This document shows, in pieces, positions 43,459 through 52,702 of a DNA stretch of 64,000 nt. Numbering within the stretch: the stretch's first letter is position 1; each line of letters begins with the position of its first letter. The stretch comes from Bacteriovoracaceae bacterium (lineage in GTDB: Bacteria; Bdellovibrionota; Bacteriovoracia; Bacteriovoracales; Bacteriovoracaceae): the NCBI GenBank assembly GCA_965217035.1, contig OZ244226.1, positions 2,462,146 through 2,526,145 on the forward strand. The letters run 5' to 3'. The notes below the pieces were generated by a model. It did not search any database. It saw only the letters and a list, made by a program, of their open reading frames with translations, and was not told the DNA's origin. The translations under genes were made by a program, and so were the position numbers.

Positions 43459-44176
43459 CGATTATTATAATCACCTTGGTGATAAATGGTACGAAGCTGA
43501 TGCTAATCCTATTGCTGTTTTAAGAGTAGAGCAAGAAGCTAAAAACCCCTGGGTAAAACAGAAAATAGAACAGCATTTCAAAAGCACAAACTTAAAGATT
43601 GCAGATATTGGTTGCGGAGCAGGTTTTTTATCTAACTATCTCGCACAGTCATATAAAGTTGTTCATGGTTTGGATATGTCTGAATCATCACTGGCAATTG
43701 CAAAGAAAAAAGATCTTACTGGAAAGGTTCATTATGTTTTAGGTAATGCTTATGAACTTCCCTATGAATCAAATTCTATGGATGTTGTTTGTGCGATGGA
43801 CTTTTTAGAGCATGTAGAAGATCCGGAAAAGGTTGTGGCAGAATGTTCTCGGATTTTAAAATCAAATGGATTATTTTTTTATCATACATTTAATAGAAAT
43901 TTCTTGTCATGGCTCATTGTGATTAAGTTTATGGAATGGTTTGTTCCAAACACACCCAAGCATCTTCACGTTTTACACCTTTTTATTAAACCAGCTGAAT
44001 TGGAGCAAATGATGAAAAGGCAAAAACTACAAAATATTATTACAAAAGGGCTTGGACCAGTTTTCAATTGGGGGTTTTTGCGTTCAGTTATCGCGCGCAA
44101 GGTAAGACCGGGGTTTAAATTTAAAATAAATAATAATAAAACTTTAGGTTTTATAGGAGTGGCAAGTAAACGGTAG
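43436..44176 (+). CDS. UbiG-like SAM-dependent O-methyltransferase
   Basis: IADIGCGAGFL, GLDMS, DFLEHV, TFNRN, FIKPAEL. Confidence 0.85.
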   Translation: MDKPRVNNDYYNHLGDKWYEADANPIAVLRVEQEAKNPWVKQKIEQHFKSTNLKIADIGCGAGFLSNYLAQSYKVVHGLDMSESSLAIAKKKDLTGKVHYVLGNAYELPYESNSMDVVCAMDFLEHVEDPEKVVAECSRILKSNGLFFYHTFNRNFLSWLIVIKFMEWFVPNTPKHLHVLHLFIKPAELEQMMKRQKLQNIITKGLGPVFNWGFLRSVIARKVRPGFKFKINNNKTLGFIGVASKR

Positions 44177-44390
44177 GATTTATCTTGTAATAATTCGCGA
44201 ATATATTTCACAGTTTTCGAATCTTTATGCATCTTTATACATTTAACTCTTCTAAGTATTTCTCAAATATACCTGACATGTTTCATGCGTAATTCCTAGT
44301 AACAAGCAACCTTGATTAGGAGAAAGTATGAAATCTCTTTTTAGAATCTTCATGTTTTCTTGATTCTTTATTAATTATGTAAGGATTGAT

Positions 44391-44418
44391 TTAAGTTATT
44401 TAAAAAGAGATCCGATAG
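44391..44418 (+). promoter_or_regulatory. Possible sigma-28 (FliA)-type promoter
   Basis: TTAAG-N15-TCCGATAG, 7 nt before the GTG of 44426. Confidence 0.45.
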
Positions 44419-44425
44419 TTTTAAT

Positions 44426-45112
44426 GTGAAAATTTTAATTTTTTTTCATTTTCTTCTCATCTCAGTTTCTTTAGTCAAAGCTGATAATGAACTATTAAGT
44501 CCTGATAATCCGAACGCTATAGTTGAAGTTGTTGGGGAAACAGATTCTTTTATTTTTTTTGTGACATACAATGGAAAGCCAAGAGATGATAATGAAGTTC
44601 GTAAGAAAGTGTCTATTGTGATGAAGGATGAGAGTGGTAAGCGACTCACTGGAGTTTCCATAGAGTATAATGCGATTGATTATCGTGGTCCGATGCTTGA
44701 TGGAGGAACTATGGAAATCAAGTTCGGACTTAATGGTCAAATTGAAGGAATTATTAATATAGAGAAGTCGATTTATGAAGAAACTCGTGAGGTTAGAGAC
44801 GGTGTAACTTACTTTTCAAAAAATAGAGCAAATGAGTCCTTAATCCAAAAAGGAGATTCAAAAATAAGTTATCTCGGGAAAGATCATTCGATTATCAATC
44901 TTTCAACGTCGCAAGCTTCAACGGGACATTTTTCACAAGATCTTCTAGCAAGAGCTAAAGTCGGTAATACATTACCTCAGTTTCTATTATTAAAATCAAT
45001 ATACTCAGACGAAATACAAGCGAAATTTGCTAAAAGTGGATATCCATCAAAAAATAGCATGGGATGCAGTATATTTACCTCATTTTGGAAAAGTATTAAA
45101 AAATTATTTTAG
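44426..45112 (+). CDS. Secreted hypothetical protein
   Basis: Signal peptide ending VKA; amphipathic C-terminal helix. Confidence 0.7.
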   Translation: MKILIFFHFLLISVSLVKADNELLSPDNPNAIVEVVGETDSFIFFVTYNGKPRDDNEVRKKVSIVMKDESGKRLTGVSIEYNAIDYRGPMLDGGTMEIKFGLNGQIEGIINIEKSIYEETREVRDGVTYFSKNRANESLIQKGDSKISYLGKDHSIINLSTSQASTGHFSQDLLARAKVGNTLPQFLLLKSIYSDEIQAKFAKSGYPSKNSMGCSIFTSFWKSIKKLF

Positions 45113-45152
45113 ACGGTAAGACTATTTGATAACGGTTTTCACGCTTAATAGT

Positions 45153-45554
45153 GGGTCTTTCCTAAACAAATCAACTCGAAAAAAAACATGAGCTTCAACT
45201 TCGTTAGAATTTAATTGCAAAACAAAATTTTAATTTAAGGAGAAAACTCGCTATGTTGAATGTGAGAAGGTATCAAAATTTGAAGTCTGTCCAAAATGTG
45301 GAACCAAGTCGAGCAGTATCTATGATCATCGATATGTTCGTCCCAGAGATCAACCCATCCGAAACAAGTTCGTCACACTTGTCATCAAGAAGCGTCGATT
45401 TAAATGCTCAAGCAAAGAGTGTGGAAAAGTTTTTACAGAATCAGTTGGTGGAATTAATAAAGGATTTAGAACAACTCAAAGAATGAGAGCTCACATTCGT
45501 TATTGTGCTTCTAAATTTATGAGCTTAAAAACAGTGAAGCAAACACTCTGTTAA
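45153..45554 (+). mobile_element. ISL3 family transposase remnant (left end + zinc-finger fragment)
   Basis: Frame 45234-45554 encodes CPKCG..IYDHRYVRPRDQPIRNKFVTLVIKKRRFKCSSKECGKVFTE; GGGTCTT end-like motif at 45153. Confidence 0.8.
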
Positions 45555-45768
45555 GCGAGGACATTCAGATAAACACGAAGTTATTTCGAAAGTGATTAAG
45601 CGGTTAGTGTCTAAGGTTGAGGTGGGAGTCGATAAAGTAAGGATTCATTTTTACATAAGCGAGTCATGGTTAACAGAGGAGCTGGCTCTTGCCGGTTCCT
45701 TCTTAAAAAATTTTGCAGTGGGTGAGAGTTCGAATATTCTTGGATTTGGTGGCCCGGGCGAGACTTGA
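45555..45768 (+). pseudogene. Probable C-terminal remnant of a large serine recombinase, ending inside the tRNA
   Basis: Open frame KVIKRLVSKVEVGVDKVRIHFY...SSNILGFGGPGET* with stop at 45766-45768 antisense within tRNA 3' end. Confidence 0.5.
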
Positions 45769-45832
45769 ACTCGCACAGTATTGCTACCGGTGGATTTTGA
45801 ATCCACTGTGTCTACCATTCCACCACCGGGCC
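45747..45832 (-). tRNA. tRNA-Leu(CAA)
   Basis: Acceptor GGCCCGG/CCGGGCC-A-CCA, anticodon arm GTGGA-TTCAAAA-TCCAC, long variable arm, T arm GCGAG-TTCAAGT-CTCGC. Confidence 0.97.
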
Positions 45833-45922
45833 GCAAAACTTAAGATCTAACTTTATAACAAAATGAAAGAGTTGTCCTCTTTCTTTAGAGATAGAGATGA
45901 CAAGGAGAGTCGTTAAAAGTCT

Positions 45923-47164
45923 TTAAGGAAAACTTTCGAATAATCCATCATCGGCATATTCGAGATAATCTAGGGCCAAAGGAGTTTTTTCAGGGTCATA
46001 ACTTGAAAGGCTTTCCATGAAAGATCTGACATTAACGCCATTTTTTTCAGAATAATTGATAACGTTTAAGATGCGGTGGAAATATTTCTCTTTAGTATCA
46101 GTATTGTAATACAATTCCTTGATTGCTGTTCCTAAGACGTTTGTATAACGAGTATTATAACCATCTCTAGAGGCTCCCCCTAATAAATGAAAAATCTTCT
46201 GTTTTTTGAGAAGTTCTAGAAGAAGCTCGAGAGCTGCTTCATCTTTTCTGTTCAATCGTTCTAACTGAGAGGGAGTCAGTTCACCCTTATAAACAAAGTT
46301 TGCCATCTGATCAGGGGCCTCTTCAGATAAGATTTCGGCGTATCGATTGTAGTGATTTACCGCTTTTGCAACATGTTCTTTTTTCACTTGAGGGTGATTC
46401 AGAACTTCAATTGCTTTTTCATTTTTCAGAAATGTATATTGCCCAGGATAAATCTCTTTAAGCTTTCTTATTAAGTAGCTTGGTTCACCATCGATTCCAT
46501 TCATGAGTTTCGTATAAAACTTTCTTGTCATTTTCATAATTTCTGGAAAGCGAGCAAATTCTTCAATATGGCCGATATCATGCCCAAAGAAAACACCTCT
46601 ATTGGAAGCAATAGGCATGAGGCCTTCAGCCATCGAGTAGGCCCAGTAAAGGAATTCAAGGTTTTTACTTTCGCCATCGTAGAACCTTGTTCGAATTGCT
46701 GGAACTTGGTCGAGGATAGAAAGATCATGAAGTGCGAGTGGGAAAAGTTCTCCCTCTTTGGTAACGACCATAAAAGCAAGGTCAAAAGATTCTGAAGGGT
46801 CAAGATTATTTCTTTTTATAACTTCATGAAAGTTTTTTGCGAGAGCTGCAATGCCTCCTTCTATTTTGACTTTATTGCCGCTAACAATAATTTTTAGCTC
46901 ATTTATTAAAAAATCGCGACTTCCAAGAGGTCTAGGGAGTTCAGAGGTCATTGTTTTTGAGACAAGAGGAGAGCTTTTGAGAGTTTTTTCATAATCTTCT
47001 TTTAAAATTTTTTTGAGTTCTTCGACTTCAGTTTTAGAGTTTGGAAGAAGAGTTCTTTCTTCAGCTAAATATGATAGGCAAAGTCCACCTATTGGCGGAT
47101 AGGATCCTCCGAGATCTGCAAAAAGTTGAGAAGAAGAAAGAAAAAGAATGATAATTTTAATCAT
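45923..47164 (-). CDS. Secreted hypothetical protein
   Basis: Signal peptide ending LFA; GHDIGH possible metal motif. Confidence 0.75.
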   Translation of the reverse strand: MIKIIILFLSSSQLFADLGGSYPPIGGLCLSYLAEERTLLPNSKTEVEELKKILKEDYEKTLKSSPLVSKTMTSELPRPLGSRDFLINELKIIVSGNKVKIEGGIAALAKNFHEVIKRNNLDPSESFDLAFMVVTKEGELFPLALHDLSILDQVPAIRTRFYDGESKNLEFLYWAYSMAEGLMPIASNRGVFFGHDIGHIEEFARFPEIMKMTRKFYTKLMNGIDGEPSYLIRKLKEIYPGQYTFLKNEKAIEVLNHPQVKKEHVAKAVNHYNRYAEILSEEAPDQMANFVYKGELTPSQLERLNRKDEAALELLLELLKKQKIFHLLGGASRDGYNTRYTNVLGTAIKELYYNTDTKEKYFHRILNVINYSEKNGVNVRSFMESLSSYDPEKTPLALDYLEYADDGLFESFP

Positions 47165-47207
47165 TAGTTTCTTATCGGACAGATGAGAATAATGAAAACC
47201 GAGGTTT

Positions 47208-48185
47208 TTAGACAGATAAATACTGGAGATTTCTAATCAAGAGAGTTTCTAACGCTGATTGAGTCGTGTATTGAAAGAAATCGTTTCCTACAACTCTCAA
47301 AAACTTATGGTTTGAAAGAAGACAAGGGTATTTCAAATAGTCGATTAGATAATTAGGAACTCCGACATGTCTATTAAGAAGTGAGTTCAAGCGCGCTAGC
47401 GGAAAAATAGGAAGGGGAAAGGCCTTGCTATTGACCATCTTAACAGCTTCTTTAAGGGGGATATATTCCTCTGAAGTAATATTATAAAGACCTGGAGTAA
47501 GATCATGAAGAGATTTTACCAGGACACTGGCCATATCATATTCATGAATGAATTGGATCATTGGATTGTAGTCCATAGGATAAAAACTCATAGGATGAAC
47601 TAGATATTTGGTTATACCATTGTGTAAAGAAGGACCAATTATATTGGTAGGTCTCAAAAGAACCGTGTCAATTTTTTCTTTATGTTGAAGCATCCATGAA
47701 TGACAATGTTGATCCATTTCAACAACGTCTCGAAGATCTGCATGTTTGAGACTTGCTTTTAAAGGAGCATCTTCATAGAGGAAAACAGAGTTATCATTGA
47801 GCGCTCCATAGACATGGAAGCTACTCATGATTGTGATTCTTTCAACCTTATGCTTTAGGCAAAGTTCAAGAATTGTTTCAGTTCCTTGCAGAGTAAGATT
47901 TAAGCGTTTCTTTATAAGGTTTGTTGAGATTGAGCTATGAGTCACTCGCGAGAGAAATAAAACAGCATCTATTCTGCGAGTTCGAAAAAGATTTTCGAAT
48001 TCTCCTCGGCGATATTTAATTTGTTTTAGGGTAAGATTAGGATGATCAGGTTGAACAGATATTGGTCTAGAGTCAACTCCTATAATTTTTAAACTAGGGT
48101 CAAGAAGATAAAGCTGTTTACACACAATTCTTGCAAGTCCGCCTCCAGCTCCAATGATTAAAACTGTTTTACCATCTTTAAGCAT
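47208..48185 (-). CDS. NAD-dependent epimerase/dehydratase (extended SDR) family protein
   Basis: IIGAGGGLA, SSFHVYGA, LRPTNIIGP, QFIHEYD. Confidence 0.85.
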   Translation of the reverse strand: MLKDGKTVLIIGAGGGLARIVCKQLYLLDPSLKIIGVDSRPISVQPDHPNLTLKQIKYRRGEFENLFRTRRIDAVLFLSRVTHSSISTNLIKKRLNLTLQGTETILELCLKHKVERITIMSSFHVYGALNDNSVFLYEDAPLKASLKHADLRDVVEMDQHCHSWMLQHKEKIDTVLLRPTNIIGPSLHNGITKYLVHPMSFYPMDYNPMIQFIHEYDMASVLVKSLHDLTPGLYNITSEEYIPLKEAVKMVNSKAFPLPIFPLARLNSLLNRHVGVPNYLIDYLKYPCLLSNHKFLRVVGNDFFQYTTQSALETLLIRNLQYLSV

Positions 48186-49032
48186 GACTGGTTCCGAACA
48201 TTTTTCGACGACCTTCTAATGACCGGTCGATTTTATCTTGAATGGTTTGCTTGATTTTTAAGACCTCTTTTCTAATCAGATCATTTGGAGCGTCTGGATC
48301 CATTCCGTCAATTGGATAGATCGGATTACCAATGTGAATATCAACAGGAGAGGGAAGTGGAATCAAATTGGGTGTAATCGGTAACGCTGGAACACCTAAA
48401 AAGTTTGCAATTGTTTTATTGTGATAAACATAAGGATAAAATTCTTCTGCACCAACAATTGCCAAAGGAATAATTGGAATTTTCTTTTCTAGGGCAAGTC
48501 GATAAAAACCTAAGGTAAAATCCTTAAGTTTATAAAATTCAGGAGTCGGTTTTGAAATCCCTTTAGCACCTTCAGGAAAAACGAGAATAGACTCACCATG
48601 ATTAAGAAGGTAACGACAATTTCTACGATCACCAAGAATTGTTCCGGCTTCGAGAGCGAGCTTTCCGACAAAAGGAACTCTAAAAAGAAATCTTTCTCCC
48701 ATACCTCTTAGAATCCTTGGATTCTCTTTTTCTAAAATAAAAGACATAACTGTTAACATGCCATCAATTGGAATTTGACCTGAGTGGTTGGCAACAACAA
48801 TAAAGGGAGTATCATCGGGAACTTTTTCCATTCCAAAAGTTCTGACTTTAAAATACTTACTATAGAGTGGATAAAGAACTTTGAGAGAAGTTTCTAAGGT
48901 TCGAAGGTTAAGACCCCAAGGATCTTTCTTTTCATGATAGTGCGCTTTGAGTTTTTTGATTCTTTCTTTGATAATAGAAGTCGATTCTCTATAGCGCTTT
49001 CTTCGTTGAGCAATGTAGTCAGTGATACCCAT
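48178..49032 (-). CDS. Lysophospholipid acyltransferase (PlsC/LPLAT) family protein
   Basis: NHSGQIPID, FPEG, PIIPLAIVGAEE. Confidence 0.9.
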   Translation of the reverse strand: MGITDYIAQRRKRYRESTSIIKERIKKLKAHYHEKKDPWGLNLRTLETSLKVLYPLYSKYFKVRTFGMEKVPDDTPFIVVANHSGQIPIDGMLTVMSFILEKENPRILRGMGERFLFRVPFVGKLALEAGTILGDRRNCRYLLNHGESILVFPEGAKGISKPTPEFYKLKDFTLGFYRLALEKKIPIIPLAIVGAEEFYPYVYHNKTIANFLGVPALPITPNLIPLPSPVDIHIGNPIYPIDGMDPDAPNDLIRKEVLKIKQTIQDKIDRSLEGRRKMFGTSHA

Positions 49033-49111
49033 TTTTTTACCTTCCGCGTTAGTTTATCTTAACGTTGAAGTCTATCGAAAAGTAGGGGGAAAGAACCTCA
49101 GTCAGACAATT

Positions 49112-49750
49112 CTATTGATGTCGATTCTGATTGAGAAACTCGAGAAGGTATTGCTCAAGGGCTTCGATGTTTTGTTTTTTATCGGCAGAGATTTTAAAAA
49201 GTTTTTCTTGGATGGGCTTGAGTTTTTTATCAAGTTGGCTCCGTTCCTTTTGATTCTTGAGCTTATCAATCTTGTTAAAGACATAGAGTGATGGAGTTGA
49301 GAAATTTTGGAAAAACTCAACAAATTGCATATCAGCTTTTTGAAAAGGTTGGCGAGCATCCATGATATGAACAACAGAGATTGAAGCAGGAAGAATTCGA
49401 AAAAACTCATTCAAAAACTGATCCCATCTTTGTCGTTCTGTTTTTGAAACTTTTGCATGCCCAAAACCTGGAAGATCAAAAAGGAAAAAAGGTTTTTCAT
49501 CATCATCTTTATAAAATTCGTAAACATTTATATTTTGAGTTTTTCCAGGAGTCCCAGAAGTATGAGCGATCCCATTTTTTAAAAGGGCATTAATCAAGGT
49601 TGATTTCCCAACATTAGAGCGACCACACATCACAAGTCCTGTAACAGCATTTTCTGAAAGAAATTTGCTGGCGGACCCTTCATTTGCAAGAGTCGTTAGA
49701 TAACGTGACTTTTCTCGTACAATTTTCAAAATTAAAAAATCCTTATTCAA
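49112..49750 (-). CDS. engB: Ribosome biogenesis GTPase YihA/YsxC
   Basis: GRSNVGKSTLIN, TPGKT, DLPGFG, NKIDK. Confidence 0.92.
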   Translation of the reverse strand: MNKDFLILKIVREKSRYLTTLANEGSASKFLSENAVTGLVMCGRSNVGKSTLINALLKNGIAHTSGTPGKTQNINVYEFYKDDDEKPFFLFDLPGFGHAKVSKTERQRWDQFLNEFFRILPASISVVHIMDARQPFQKADMQFVEFFQNFSTPSLYVFNKIDKLKNQKERSQLDKKLKPIQEKLFKISADKKQNIEALEQYLLEFLNQNRHQ

Positions 49751-49806
49751 TGTTTATCTCTGAGTAGCACATCTTTTATAAAAGAAGCAATAAATAAGGA
49801 GATAGA

Positions 49807-51024
49807 ATGCAAATGATACAGGAATTGCTCGCGGATGGGGTGAGATTAGAAGATGAGGTGAAGATAAACCCTCTCTTCGGCCACTCGAGGAAGATTTCTC
49901 TAAGGTATACCTCAATGGAAATAAGTTCTAATGAAAGCTATAATCCTCCTATTATTGATGGGAATAAATGGCTTTTCCCAAGTATTTCAAAAGAAAAAAT
50001 TAATATAGAATTAGGACTTGATAAGGATCTTGAAAGATATTGCCTAAAATCATCGAGCTTTTTTAAGATTAGTGGTCAATGGGTGAACAAAGCCTATATC
50101 AGGAGAGGAGATTGCTTACAATTATTCGGAAACAGAATTCACTTCTTATCGACTCAGAAAACCAATAGTATCGAAGAGCCTCTTTTTAAGTTAGGAAAGA
50201 AGCTGAATGTCCTGATTGAAGGAGAAACTGGTACTGGAAAGAGCTCATTGGCCAAGAAAATTCATGAGGATAGTGGAGTGGCAGGGGACTTTGTCCATCT
50301 TAACTTAGCTGCTTATTCTCAAGGTTTGATAGAATCAGAACTTTTTGGGCATATCAAAGGAGCTTTTACTGGAGCTTATCAAGATAAGATCGGTGCAATT
50401 GAAAGAGCAAAAAATGGAACTCTTTTTTTAGATGAAGTCGATTCTCTTTCAACAGAGGTTCAAACCAAGTTACTTACTTATCTGGATGAAGGAGAATTTC
50501 GAAGAGTTGGTTCTTCTGGACTTTGTAAGGTACGGCCTCGTTTTATTTTTGCTTCAGGTAAACCCCTTGATGCTCTTGTTAAATGTGAGCAAATGAGAAA
50601 GGATTTTTTTTATCGTCTTAGTTCTGGAGCAAGAATAAAACTTAAGCCTTTAAGAGAGCAAAAGGAGAAGTTGGAATCGTTTCTTTGGGAGTTTCAAAAT
50701 GAGAATCAAGTAAAGATAACAAAGAAGCTCCTTGAGCTTTATCTTAGGCTTCCATGGTATGGAAATTACCGTCAATTGATAGGACATTTGGAAAAAAAGA
50801 AAGAGCTGATTCTTTCAAATGTTTGGGAGTTTGATTGGATTGACGAAGAGTTACTTCAGTCTCCTATCTCTCTTTTAGAGAGAATCGGGCCAAAGCTTGA
50901 ACAGTTAGAATATGATTATGTTGAGAAAACATATCAAAGATTAAATGGAGATGAAAGGTCTGCCTGTGAAGTTTTATCTATTTCTAAGTATCGACTAAGA
51001 AGAATTTTGAAGATGGTTAGTTAG
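49807..51024 (+). CDS. Sigma-54-dependent transcriptional activator (AAA+, C-terminal HTH)
   Basis: GETGTGKS, ESELFGHIKGAFTGA, FLDEV, RKDFFYRL, WYGNYRQL. Confidence 0.88.
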   Translation: MQMIQELLADGVRLEDEVKINPLFGHSRKISLRYTSMEISSNESYNPPIIDGNKWLFPSISKEKINIELGLDKDLERYCLKSSSFFKISGQWVNKAYIRRGDCLQLFGNRIHFLSTQKTNSIEEPLFKLGKKLNVLIEGETGTGKSSLAKKIHEDSGVAGDFVHLNLAAYSQGLIESELFGHIKGAFTGAYQDKIGAIERAKNGTLFLDEVDSLSTEVQTKLLTYLDEGEFRRVGSSGLCKVRPRFIFASGKPLDALVKCEQMRKDFFYRLSSGARIKLKPLREQKEKLESFLWEFQNENQVKITKKLLELYLRLPWYGNYRQLIGHLEKKKELILSNVWEFDWIDEELLQSPISLLERIGPKLEQLEYDYVEKTYQRLNGDERSACEVLSISKYRLRRILKMVS

Positions 51025-51889
51025 CAATAATATCAATGATTGTAATTCTTTCGACACGACCATCGATACCTTCATTCATCAGGATATCATTGAGCTCTTC
51101 AAAAAGCTTTTTTCGGACAATATCTTTTCCTTCGTCGGATAGAGGAAACGAGGGGAGGACAGGTTCTAGGGTCACTTGAAGTTGATCCATGAAAAGATAA
51201 CGGTATCGATCGAAAAAACGTTTTGAGGTTCTATTGGTAAATTCTATCCCGAAATTAATTTTTAAGTTCTCATACTTCCCCGTATCTTCAATAAAGGCAG
51301 GCATAACAAGTTGAGAAATCATAGAGCGCTTTCTTTCATAATCAAAATAATCAGGAAAGACTTCTCTTTGAATATATTCTGACGAAGCAATTTCTCTTCC
51401 CTCATTTTTATAAACTTTAGAAACAATATTAGTCGTCGAATGATAAATTTTTAAAAAGGCAACACCGGAAACAACAAGTGCTACAGTCAAGGCTAAGAGG
51501 TGATATTGATTAAATCTTTCGAATCTTTTGAAAAGGGCTTCTTTTATCTTTTGAATTCTTTCACTAAGGATTCTTTTGAGCTTATCGATATACCAACGAC
51601 TAAAAAGCTTATGGGAGAAAGCTTTTAACTCTTCAATTTTTTCTGTGATCTTAAATGATTTCTTATAGTCTTTAGTTTTTTCGATTTTTAAAGACAGCCA
51701 TTTTACCTGTTGGTCAAACTTATACTTAAAGACTTCGTAACGGTTTATTAAAGGTTTAAAAATATTTCTTAATGATTCAAAGAGATTAGGAGGGAAGACC
51801 TTTCTAAGAACAAGAAAAAAGATATCGACTATCCGATAAAGGAAGTGATTAACTTGTTCATCAATTTTTTCAAAAAGGCTCTTTTTCAT
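51017..51889 (-). CDS. FliL-like single-TM protein with long basic N-terminal extension
   Basis: One TM then FliL-type C-terminus (EGKDIVRKKL.EELN...IDGRVERITI). Confidence 0.55.
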   Translation of the reverse strand: MKKSLFEKIDEQVNHFLYRIVDIFFLVLRKVFPPNLFESLRNIFKPLINRYEVFKYKFDQQVKWLSLKIEKTKDYKKSFKITEKIEELKAFSHKLFSRWYIDKLKRILSERIQKIKEALFKRFERFNQYHLLALTVALVVSGVAFLKIYHSTTNIVSKVYKNEGREIASSEYIQREVFPDYFDYERKRSMISQLVMPAFIEDTGKYENLKINFGIEFTNRTSKRFFDRYRYLFMDQLQVTLEPVLPSFPLSDEGKDIVRKKLFEELNDILMNEGIDGRVERITIIDIIAN

Positions 51890-51909
51890 TCTTTAATAAC
51901 CTTTAATAC

Positions 51910-51937
51910 TTGTCGGAATCAGTGGATAAAAGCTTTA
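51910..51937 (-). promoter_or_regulatory. Possible sigma-28 (FliA)-type promoter
   Basis: Minus strand TAAAG-N15-TCCGACAA upstream of FliL-like gene. Confidence 0.5.
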
Positions 51938-52057
51938 AAAAAAGCGAATACCGTGAGGTGACTAAAATGCTCAGGTTAAAATTGCCTCTTTAACTACAAG
52001 ACTACATCGAGGCTCAGATATCCCGAAACAGTTATTAAGAGCATAACAGGAGGTTCC

Positions 52058-52702
52058 TTGAAGCTTTTAATTTTATTATTTTGTTCATTTTCTTTTCTTT
52101 TTTCCTGTGGAGTGGTTGAAAGACGATCTTATTCTGAAGTAATGGAAAAGAAAGACCAGTCTCTCATGGCCCCCGGACGTGAGTTCAAGGTTGTCATTGG
52201 AGATACTGGGCAGCAATACAAAACTTATTCCGAAATTATTGCTGAAACTCCTGGATCAACTCCAGAGAAAGAAGAATTTATTCATAATCAATCTTTAAAT
52301 TCAGAGCTAAGGCAAATGGTAGGGATTCAATCTCAACTTCAATATGAGTATTACACTCGCTATGAACATGAACTAGATTCAGTCTCTGAGAAAATTTACT
52401 TTCTTAGACTTGACTCGATAGAAGAAAGAGAGAATTATCTTCGTATTAAAGGAATTATTCCCCCAGACAAATCTGAACAAGCTTCAAGTCAATACCATAC
52501 TGATTCAGGCTCTATCTTTTGGGGAATGGATAAGAACAAAGTTCTTCAAGTTCTAGGACAACCGAGACAAGTTGATTATGCAGGTGATCCTCGTTATGAA
52601 AATGAACGATGGGGATATGCCACTAATGATCTAGGAACAACTCGTTATATCTATTTCGAGAATGGTCGTGTTGATGGTTGGGAACACGTCGACGAGTACT
52701 AG
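52058..52702 (+). CDS. Lipoprotein with C-terminal SmpA/BamE(BLIP)-like fold
   Basis: Lipobox LFSC; GMDKNKVLQVLGQP...ERWGY...IYFENGRV. Confidence 0.7.
   Translation: MKLLILLFCSFSFLFSCGVVERRSYSEVMEKKDQSLMAPGREFKVVIGDTGQQYKTYSEIIAETPGSTPEKEEFIHNQSLNSELRQMVGIQSQLQYEYYTRYEHELDSVSEKIYFLRLDSIEERENYLRIKGIIPPDKSEQASSQYHTDSGSIFWGMDKNKVLQVLGQPRQVDYAGDPRYENERWGYATNDLGTTRYIYFENGRVDGWEHVDEY

Noticed and set aside
43436..44176. Calling this gene ubiG of ubiquinone synthesis
   Set aside because: Context is a PKS operon in an accessory region with no other ubi genes; the substrate cannot be assigned
31000..45150. Second att copy (tRNA 3' duplication), prophage or anti-phage defence genes in the accessory zone
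   Set aside because: No tRNA-end repeat found by eye; no recognisable phage structural, reverse transcriptase, nuclease or toxin-antitoxin motifs
45253..45486. 77-aa ORF from the track
   Set aside because: Wrong frame; the overlapping frame encodes a clear ISL3 zinc-finger fragment
45651..45836. 61-aa minus-strand ORF
   Set aside because: It is the tRNA-Leu sequence read as codons
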